DNA of 64,000 bases from an uncultured delta proteobacterium (lineage in GTDB: Bacteria > Myxococcota_A > Polyangia > Polyangiales > Polyangiaceae). Where the stretch lies: positions 800,001 through 864,000 of the forward strand of contig CAWDXG010000001.1 of NCBI GenBank assembly GCA_963806225.1, in the 5' to 3' direction. The notes under the pieces are model-generated. The model made no database searches and was not told the origin of the DNA. It saw only the letters and a program-made list of their open reading frames with translations. The translations under genes and the position numbers were made by a program. Position 1 is the first letter of the stretch; every line of letters starts with the position of its first letter. Shown one piece after another: positions 56,748 through 64,000 of this stretch.

Positions 56748-58006
56748 TTCGGCGTGAGCTTCATGATGCCGTTGTCCGTCGTCCAGTAGATGCTCGTTGC
56801 AGTGACGGCGATGCTTGTTGGATTGGCCTGTCCTGCCACGAGTTGGACGGCATTGCCGCCGGTGCGTGCTGCCTTCATGACTGTGCCGGAAGGATCGCGT
56901 GTCACCCAGTAGACGCTGTTGGCGTCGACGGCCACGCCATCGGCGTGACTCTGGTTGACGGCGAGGGGGGTGAGGTTGCCGCCCCCCAACGCGACCTTGT
57001 ACACCGTGCCTTCCGCGAAGCTCGTCCAGTAGACGTAGGTCGAGTCGAGGGCGATCCCGCTCGGCGAGCCGCCTCCCGTGGCGAGCTTGATAGGGGAGCC
57101 TCCGCCGAGCGGGACCTTCATCAGGGTACCATCCCCCGAGTTGACCCAGTACGCGTCGACGGCGTCGACGGCGATGGCCGAGGGACCGTTCTGTCCCGTT
57201 GCCAGGACACTGTACGAACCACCCGAGAATTTCGCGATGCTGTTGCCGGAATAGTTCGTCCAATAGGCGCCTGAAGCGTTCGCCGCAATCGACCGAGGCG
57301 TTCCCTGGTTCGTCGCGATCACGGTGGGCCCGCCTCCCGCCTTGGATTCCTCGCTGACGGTTCCGGCGTAGTCCGTCCAGAACACGTTCGACGCGTCGAC
57401 GGCGATTCCGTCAGGAGACGGCAACTTGTTCGCGAGCGCGGTCGTTTGGCCTCCACCGACGGGGACCTTGTCGACGAATCCGCTGGGCTCGGTCCAGTAG
57501 ACGCTCGTGCTGTCCACAGCGAGGTCCCGGGGCGCTCCCCCGGCAAGTTGCACCAGGCATCGGCCATCGACGCAGCTCCCGGCGCACGTGACGTTGCAGC
57601 CCCCGCAGTTGTTCTTGTCAGACGTGGTGTCGACGCAGGCCCCGCTGCACACCGCTCCGTCGTTGGGACAGGCGCAGGCGCCGTTCTGGCAGGCGATGCC
57701 GGAAGGGCACGCATTGCCGCACTTGCCGCAGTTCTTCTCGTCCTGCTGGGTGTCCGTGCACACCCCGCCGCACAGTGTGCCCGCGCAGCCGTCCGGGCCG
57801 GCGTCAGCACCAGCCTGACCCGCGCCGCCACCTCCCATGCCTGCTGATCCGCTGGCCCCCCCTGTGGCGACACCTCCAGAACCTCCACCACCCGCGGAGG
57901 CATCGGTTCGGCCATCCTTGAAATCGCCGAGGCCGAGGACCGAGCTACAACCCACGCCACACGCGAGCAGACAACTTATTGCAGAGAAGAGAAGAACCGA
58001 CCGCAT
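56744..58006 (-). CDS. Lipoprotein with myxobacterial Cys-rich repeats and a beta-propeller
   Basis: Lipobox GVGC, C.G.C.D...D..NCG.C repeats and about seven IAVD...VYWT repeats. Confidence 0.85.
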   Translation of the reverse strand: MRSVLLFSAISCLLACGVGCSSVLGLGDFKDGRTDASAGGGGSGGVATGGASGSAGMGGGGAGQAGADAGPDGCAGTLCGGVCTDTQQDEKNCGKCGNACPSGIACQNGACACPNDGAVCSGACVDTTSDKNNCGGCNVTCAGSCVDGRCLVQLAGGAPRDLAVDSTSVYWTEPSGFVDKVPVGGGQTTALANKLPSPDGIAVDASNVFWTDYAGTVSEESKAGGGPTVIATNQGTPRSIAANASGAYWTNYSGNSIAKFSGGSYSVLATGQNGPSAIAVDAVDAYWVNSGDGTLMKVPLGGGSPIKLATGGGSPSGIALDSTYVYWTSFAEGTVYKVALGGGNLTPLAVNQSHADGVAVDANSVYWVTRDPSGTVMKAARTGGNAVQLVAGQANPTSIAVTATSIYWTTDNGIMKLTPK

Positions 58007-58512
58007 CGCATCCCCGTAAGGCGAGGTACGCGAGCGCTCCCGGCTCGCGTCGTCACCACAAAACAGAACAGGCCAAATCGCTATACTTCCCCTGAGCGCG
58101 GGAGTCCATCTGCGCCAAAGCGCATCCTTGGGGCGCCCCTGGAACGAGTGCACCGGGAGACCCACCGGGCCTTGGGTGGCTGGAGGAGGCTGGTCACGAA
58201 TCGTTCGATCGTTTCGAGTGTGATCGTTCTGCCTTTCTTGTCATGCTCGCCGGTTGCAGCCAGGCGCGTTGGCGTCGCATCCGGCCCTGCGCGCGCGCCT
58301 CCGCACGAGCGCGCCCCCTCCGGTCAGATCCCGGCCCTCGCGAGCGCGCGTTCAATGCACGTCGACCTGCGCGAGGCCGAGGCGGAGCCCGCGTTCGGAC
58401 ATCTGGATCGCCTGCTGGGCTCCCTATGGAAGCTCACGCATTGAGCCTCCGCGCCGCCCCGTTCCTTGACAGATCCCGCCCCCGAAGGGCGACCCCGCAG
58501 GCTGCGGTCGGT

Positions 58513-59688
58513 TCAGAGCGGCACTGGGACCAGACCGCTGTGCTGGGCGGTTGTCCCGTCGCCGAGCTGTCCGGCGGAGTTGTCGCCCCAGCACACCACC
58601 GAGGCGTCGGCGAGTACCGCGCATCCGAACCCGACGCCAACGTCCAGATCTTTCGCGCCGCTCACGCCTTTCACGGGACGGGTGGCCCCGGTCTTGTCCC
58701 AGCACTCGATGCTGTCGCTGTCCAGCAGCGCGCAGGCCTCTAGCGGACCCACAGCGAGCTTCCGTGCCGGTCCGGTCAGCTGGATCTGCGATGGAGCCTG
58801 ACCGCAACCGCCCTTGCAGTCGGGGTCCAGACTGCCCCAGCACAGCACGCTGCCGCCGGAACGGAGCGCACAGCTCTCGTTGCCGCCGGCCGCCACGTCG
58901 GTCGCGCCGCTGAACGGCGCCAGGGCGTTGCCATCGGAAGCGCCGAGCTGCCCGACCGAGTTGTCACCCCAGCAGAACACGCCACCTTCCACCACGGCGC
59001 AGCTGTGTCGGGCGCCCACAGCGACGGCGGTGGCTCCCTGCACCGGATGGGCTGGATCTCCGAGTTGGCCCACGTCGTCGAGCCCCCAGCACGCAACGCC
59101 TCCGTCTTCGAGCAGGGCACAGCTGTGGGTCGTCCCCGCGGACAGCGAGCGGGCACCGCTCACGCTGCCCACGGTCACCGGCGCGACGCTGTATCCGCCG
59201 GTCGGAACCGCGCTGCTGCCGAGCTGTCCGTACGAATTGTCACCCCAGCATCGCACCTCTCCGCCCAGCAGGATCGCGCACGTGTAGCCCGCGCCCGCCG
59301 CGAGCGCGCGCACGGTGTCGAGCCCTTCGACCTCCGCGGGCGGCGCGACCGGCGGCGGAAGCCCGCCATCGGTTCCTGCGTCGGGCCCAGCATCGGGTGA
59401 AAGCCCCGCGTCGAGGGTTGTGCCGCCTTCGGTCCCGGCGTCGGCGGTCGCCCCCGGTGCACGCCGTCCGAGCCGTCCGCGTTCGTCCAGCCCCCAGCAT
59501 TCCGCCCGCCCCTTGTCCAGGAGCGCGCAGGCGTGGTCGAGACCCGTGGCTATCCCTGTTGCCCGGGCCTTGCCGTGTAGGCCATTGCAGGCGGGAAGCA
59601 CGGTCCCGACGAGCACAGAACCCAGGACCACCCCGAAACGCTTGCAGTTCTGCGGCATGCGATGCATCAAGGGTAGCACTAGTGCCAC
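58513..59688 (-). CDS. RCC1-repeat lipoprotein
   Basis: Repeated AG..H.CA....G.V.CWGDNS.GQLG. Start is uncertain. Confidence 0.88.
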   Translation of the reverse strand: MALVLPLMHRMPQNCKRFGVVLGSVLVGTVLPACNGLHGKARATGIATGLDHACALLDKGRAECWGLDERGRLGRRAPGATADAGTEGGTTLDAGLSPDAGPDAGTDGGLPPPVAPPAEVEGLDTVRALAAGAGYTCAILLGGEVRCWGDNSYGQLGSSAVPTGGYSVAPVTVGSVSGARSLSAGTTHSCALLEDGGVACWGLDDVGQLGDPAHPVQGATAVAVGARHSCAVVEGGVFCWGDNSVGQLGASDGNALAPFSGATDVAAGGNESCALRSGGSVLCWGSLDPDCKGGCGQAPSQIQLTGPARKLAVGPLEACALLDSDSIECWDKTGATRPVKGVSGAKDLDVGVGFGCAVLADASVVCWGDNSAGQLGDGTTAQHSGLVPVPL

Positions 59689-59769
59689 AGTTTGAGGCCG
59701 GGCTTTGCGGGCCGGCGCTTGAAGGGTGTCGCAATAGAGGTAGCCGATGCCGGTGCGAAGGCGAAAGCC

Positions 59770-60396
59770 GTGAAGTGGGCCGAAATCGCGAAATCAGTAC
59801 TGCTGCTGTTCGTGATCCTGAATCCGTTCGCGTTGTCGGTCTACCTCATCGACATGCTGCAGAACCGTTCAATCCGCACTCTTTCGGGCGTGCTGCTCCG
59901 GGCCACGACCATCAGCGCCATCGTGTTCTCGCTGTTCGCCTGGGGCGGCGATCGCATCTTCGCGGACGTGCTGCAAGTGCGCTTCGCGGCATTCCGGATC
60001 TTCGGCGGACTCGTATTCGTGATCATCGCGCTTCGCTTCATGGTGTCAGGAGGCGAGGCGCTGGTCAGTCTGCGTGGCGAGCCCGAGCATCTGGCGGGTA
60101 CGATTGCCATGCCCTTCATGATCGGACCAGGCACCGTCAGCGCGGCTGTGGTGGCGGGCGCGCGGCTTCCGCTGGGCCAGGCCATCCTGTCGATCGTCAC
60201 GGCCCTGGCGTTGACCGTACTCTCGCTGGTGCTGCTCAAGTTAGGCTTCGACCGCATCCGGGAGCGGAATAGCCGTCTCATCGAGCGCTACGCTGATCTC
60301 GCGAGCCGCATCGCCGCTCTGTTGATCGGCACGATCGCCGTCGAGATGGTGCTTGACGGAATAGGCAGCTTCGTTCGCTCGATGTCCGGATCGTGA
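59770..60396 (+). CDS. MarC-family membrane protein
   Basis: LFVILNPF, FRIFGG, IAMPFMIGPGT and RIAALLIGTIAVEM. Confidence 0.88.
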   Translation: MKWAEIAKSVLLLFVILNPFALSVYLIDMLQNRSIRTLSGVLLRATTISAIVFSLFAWGGDRIFADVLQVRFAAFRIFGGLVFVIIALRFMVSGGEALVSLRGEPEHLAGTIAMPFMIGPGTVSAAVVAGARLPLGQAILSIVTALALTVLSLVLLKLGFDRIRERNSRLIERYADLASRIAALLIGTIAVEMVLDGIGSFVRSMSGS

Positions 60397-60415
60397 TTCG
60401 GCTATACTCCGCTCG

Positions 60416-61675
60416 ATGTATGACGCGATCGTAGTGGGAGGCGGCCCCGCCGGAGCGACGACGGCCACGCGCCTGGCCCAGGCTGGGCGGCGTGTCGTGT
60501 TGCTCGAGCGCGAGTCTTTTCCACGCTTCCATATCGGAGAGTCCCTGCTGCCCTGCAGTGTGCCACTGTTCAAGAAGCTCGGGGTGGGAGACGCGATAGC
60601 GAGCGCGGGCTTCCTGCCGAAGCACGCCGCCGAATTCGTCACTGCCGATGGTTCGCTCGCGCGCCGCTACCCCTTCGCCGATGGGCTGGTGCGCGGAATC
60701 GACTCGGCCTACGAGGTCGACCGCGAACGCTTCGACGAAATCCTGTTGGACAACGCCCGGAAGCAGGGCGTGGAGGTGCGGCAGCCTGCCGAGGTGCGCA
60801 GCTTCGACATCGGGGCGCATCGCGTGGACGTCGAGCTGCGCACGGGAGACACGCTGTCGGGTCAGGTGCTCGTCGACGCCACCGGGCAGCGTTCGCTGGT
60901 CGCCGGCCGGCTCGGCCTCAGGCAGATGGACGCGGAGCTCAAGAATTTCGCCATCTACTCCCACTTCGAGGGTGCCAAGCGCGGCAGTGGCGACCGCGAG
61001 GGAGACATCACCATCGTGCTCGTACCGGACGGCTGGTGGTGGGTGATCCCGCTCGCCGGAGGTCGGACCAGCCTCGGCAAGGTGGCTCCGTCGCGAGCGC
61101 TCGGCGGGCGCCGTGCGGACGAGAGCTACCTCGACGACGAGCTGGCGGCGACGCCCTACCTGCGCGAGCGGTTTGCCGGTGCGAAGCGCTCGGCGCCGGT
61201 CAGGACCACGTCCGACTACTCGTACCGGAGCACCCGGTTTGTCGGGGACCGGTGGCTGCTATGCGGGGATGCCGCCGCTTTTCTCGATCCGGTCTTTTCC
61301 AGTGGCGTCTACCTCGCCAACGCTGGCGGCTTCCGCGCGGCCGAGGCTATCGATCGGGCGCTTTCGCGCGGGCGGCTTTCGCGCCGCTCGTTCAGGCCCT
61401 ACGAGCGCTGGCTCGAGCACGCGCTCGGGACCTATCGCCAGTTCGTTAGAGGGTTCTACAGTCCCGAGTTCGTCGAAATCCTGATGCGGCCCAGCGATGC
61501 GCTGGGGCTGCGGAAGGCCGTGACCTCGTTGCTGGCGGGGGAGGTGGACCGTTTCTCCATCGCCTGGCGCATCTGGGTGCTCCACGCCATCGTTCGCGCC
61601 AATCGCGACTGGAATCTCGCGCCGCGTATCGAGGGGCGGCGGGAAGCGGCCGCCCGATTCGACCGGGAGGCGTGA
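60416..61675 (+). CDS. FAD-dependent halogenase-like oxidoreductase
   Basis: GGGPAG, FPRFHIGESLLP, FLPK, WWWVIP (WxWxIP) and GDAAAFLDPVFSSG. Confidence 0.85.
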   Translation: MYDAIVVGGGPAGATTATRLAQAGRRVVLLERESFPRFHIGESLLPCSVPLFKKLGVGDAIASAGFLPKHAAEFVTADGSLARRYPFADGLVRGIDSAYEVDRERFDEILLDNARKQGVEVRQPAEVRSFDIGAHRVDVELRTGDTLSGQVLVDATGQRSLVAGRLGLRQMDAELKNFAIYSHFEGAKRGSGDREGDITIVLVPDGWWWVIPLAGGRTSLGKVAPSRALGGRRADESYLDDELAATPYLRERFAGAKRSAPVRTTSDYSYRSTRFVGDRWLLCGDAAAFLDPVFSSGVYLANAGGFRAAEAIDRALSRGRLSRRSFRPYERWLEHALGTYRQFVRGFYSPEFVEILMRPSDALGLRKAVTSLLAGEVDRFSIAWRIWVLHAIVRANRDWNLAPRIEGRREAAARFDREA

Positions 61676-61679
61676 CGAT

Positions 61680-63485
61680 GTGAATGCGTTGCGGTTCGAG
61701 AGCGTCGCCCTTCTGCTGCTCCTGTGCGCTTGCACGACCGGAAAGCCGCCCCGGACCGCAGAGGATGCGCTGGCCCGCATCGAGCGTCATCCGCAGGCCT
61801 TCGTCCAGCACGTCGCCGAGTTGCGCCAGCTCGACAACAGCCGGCCAGCACGGGTGGTCTTCGAGGACGAGGCTGACTTCCTCCGCGCGCTGGAAGCCCA
61901 CGGCAAGCAGGACATAGCCAGCGCCGGTTCCGATCGAGGTGCACTCTACCTGGCGTTCGGGCTCGGGCCAGAGAATGCCGGGAATGGCAGCTCCGAGAAG
62001 GCGGTCGTGGAGGAGCAGGTGGTCGCCTTCTACGACGAGAAGTCACACGTGATCCACGTGCGGCGCCATCCGCCGGTCGAAGGCAAGGACCCGATCGAAC
62101 CAAGCTGGGTGCTGGCCCACGAGGTCGGTCACTCGCTCCAGTACCAGAACTTCCGCATGCCGGTGCTCGAGCGGATCCGCGAAGAGGATCGGCTGCTCGC
62201 CGTGAACGCGCTGGTCGAGGGCGACGCGATGCTCACGATGATCGCGTACGTAGCGGACGAGCGGCACATTCCGCTCGGGCGCGCCTTGGTGCAGGCGTCC
62301 CGCCACTCCGACCAGGGCCACGTCGAGAAGTACGCCCAGCGTAGCGGCGCCGCTCCCGTGCTGCTCGATGCGCCGTCGATCGTGCGGCAGCGGCTGATGT
62401 TCCCCTACCTGTCCGGCACCCACTTTGTCGGTGCGCTGTACCGTGCCGGCGGGCTTGCGCTGGTCGATCGCGCATTTGGCCGGCTGCCCACCACAACCGA
62501 ACAGGTGCTGCACCCGGAAAAGTACCTTGCCGGCGAGCCCGCGGTGCCGGTGCGTACGCCAGCCGTGCCGCCGGGCTACCGGACGATCGCGTCGGGACGC
62601 CTGGGCGAGCTGCAGACCCGCGTCGTACTCGGCGAGTGTCTGCCCGTCGCCGAGGCCGCGCAGGCTGCGGCCGGGTGGGGCGGCGACGCCTTCAGTGTTT
62701 CCGAGGCGCCGACCGGGAGCTATCTGATGACGTGGAGCAGCGTGTGGGACAGCGAGGCGGATGCCGCGCAGTTCGAACGCGCTGCGTCCGTGATGGCGCA
62801 CTGCGCGCCCGCCTCCCACGACCTGCCCGGTCTGTTCGCGGTACGTCGCTCGGGTGATCGCGTCGCGTTCGTCCGGGGCGCGCTCGACCCGGGCGCCCTC
62901 GATGCAGAGGTCGCCACGCTGCTTTCCCTGCCCGGCGCGCGCCCGGCATCGATCACGCCGTTCGGTCCGATCACGATTCCAGCGGTGAAGCCGGTCCCGC
63001 GCGTGCATCCGCCCTATCTGTCCGAGGGGCGCTACGTCAATGAACGTCTCGGCATCCAGGTGCCGCTGCCGCCCGGCTTCAGTGCACGGCTGGATGGCGA
63101 GGGGTTGCTCATCCAGAATGCGGGTGCGGCGTTTGCCTCGCTCGATCTCGCCGATTGGGTCGTCGACGCGAAGACCACGAACCTGATGTTCGCCGAGATC
63201 GCCAAGGGCGTCGCCAAGGCCATGCGGGGCCACAGGCTTGTCTTCGCAGGCGGCGGCGCAGTGGACACGCCGCTCGGCCGCGCCGCCGAGCGGCGCTGGA
63301 ACGTCGAGGGCACTACGGCCACGCTCAGCATCCTGCTGCTTCCCGTGTGCAACCAGACGGGCGCCATCGTCTTGTCGCAGGTCTACTCCGACGAGGCGTC
63401 CCGCCAGACGCTCGACTGGTGGATCAATGCACTGCGCCCGCTCTACCGGGGCCCTCCGCCGGTGTGCGCGGAGCTGGAGCCGTAG
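61680..63485 (+). CDS. Lipoprotein with HExxH zincin-like domain
   Basis: Lipobox LLCAC, VAFYD, LAHEVGHSLQ, ALVEGDA, FPYLSG, TTEQVLHPEKY and AAGWGGD. Confidence 0.75.
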   Translation: MNALRFESVALLLLLCACTTGKPPRTAEDALARIERHPQAFVQHVAELRQLDNSRPARVVFEDEADFLRALEAHGKQDIASAGSDRGALYLAFGLGPENAGNGSSEKAVVEEQVVAFYDEKSHVIHVRRHPPVEGKDPIEPSWVLAHEVGHSLQYQNFRMPVLERIREEDRLLAVNALVEGDAMLTMIAYVADERHIPLGRALVQASRHSDQGHVEKYAQRSGAAPVLLDAPSIVRQRLMFPYLSGTHFVGALYRAGGLALVDRAFGRLPTTTEQVLHPEKYLAGEPAVPVRTPAVPPGYRTIASGRLGELQTRVVLGECLPVAEAAQAAAGWGGDAFSVSEAPTGSYLMTWSSVWDSEADAAQFERAASVMAHCAPASHDLPGLFAVRRSGDRVAFVRGALDPGALDAEVATLLSLPGARPASITPFGPITIPAVKPVPRVHPPYLSEGRYVNERLGIQVPLPPGFSARLDGEGLLIQNAGAAFASLDLADWVVDAKTTNLMFAEIAKGVAKAMRGHRLVFAGGGAVDTPLGRAAERRWNVEGTTATLSILLLPVCNQTGAIVLSQVYSDEASRQTLDWWINALRPLYRGPPPVCAELEP

Positions 63486-63514
63486 AGTCTCCCGGGTACA
63501 CGCGAGCGCTGGAA

Positions 63515-64000
63515 TCAGGCGCGTTCGAGCCCGGCGAGCACGGCCTGTCCCATGCCGCTGGTCGAGAGCCCGCCGCCCAGATCCTTCGTGCGTGCGCCGC
63601 CGGCGAGCGCGCGATCGACGGCGGCTTCCACGGCGGCGGCTTCCGTTTCCAGATCGAGGCTGTGTCGGAGCAGCATCGCGGCGCTCTGGATGGTGCCGAG
63701 CGGATTGGCGATACCCTGGCCAGCAATGTCCGGCGCCGAACCGTGGATCGGCTCGTACAGACCCAGCTTGCCTTTGCCGAGCGACGCGCTCGGCAGCATG
63801 CCGAGACTTCCGGACAGCACGCTGGCCTCGTCCGACAGGATGTCGCCGAACATGTTCTCGGTGACCAGCACGTCGAAGCCCGCGGGAGCCGTGACCAGGC
63901 GCATGGCGCAGGAGTCCACCAGCTGGTGCTCCAGCGTGACGTCGGAGAACTCACGCGAAATATCGTTCGTGACCTGGCGCCACAGCCGCGACGACTCGAG
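63515..64000 (-). CDS. leuB: 3-isopropylmalate dehydrogenase (5' truncated by window edge)
   Basis: [23 protein letters not shown] and [18 protein letters not shown]. Confidence 0.93.
   Translation of the reverse strand, partial: LESSRLWRQVTNDISREFSDVTLEHQLVDSCAMRLVTAPAGFDVLVTENMFGDILSDEASVLSGSLGMLPSASLGKGKLGLYEPIHGSAPDIAGQGIANPLGTIQSAAMLLRHSLDLETEAAAVEAAVDRALAGGARTKDLGGGLSTSGMGQAVLAGLERA

Noticed and set aside
58148..58444. Short plus-strand ORF between the beta-propeller and RCC1 genes
   Set aside because: No recognisable motif or start signal.

Overview
High-GC chromosomal window with about 55 genes. Repeated lipoproteins with a lipobox, a Gly-rich linker and Cys-rich modules, plus a fused ccoNO and a MutH homolog, suggest Myxococcota (Polyangia-like); this taxonomy is inference. 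Recognisable genes are a cN-II 5'-nucleotidase, GT2 plus polysaccharide deacetylase, a stand-alone carboxyltransferase, GH31, nadE, a TPM + Tim44-like pair, an L,D-transpeptidase, mutH, an iodotyrosine-deiodinase-like nitroreductase, gdhA, a radical SAM enzyme, TetR + acyl-CoA dehydrogenase, terB/truD/PP2C, atoE, a full cbb3 oxidase cluster (ccoNO-Q-P-G-H-dsbD-like-I-S) behind an FNR-like box, MarC, a flavin-dependent halogenase-like gene and partial leuB. About 14 frameshifts, mostly +1, are probably sequencing errors. Best novelty candidates: (1) a 996-aa receiver/ATP-grasp/putative phospho-His protein directly after gdhA; (2) a radical-SAM-fold protein without its Cys triad after the cbb3 operon; (3) a TAnnnT hexamer 6-8 nt before the start codon of at least 8 genes, suggesting leaderless transcription; (4) a radical SAM gene divergent from a small CCxSxCxPC protein. 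No rRNA, tRNA or CRISPR array was recognised.
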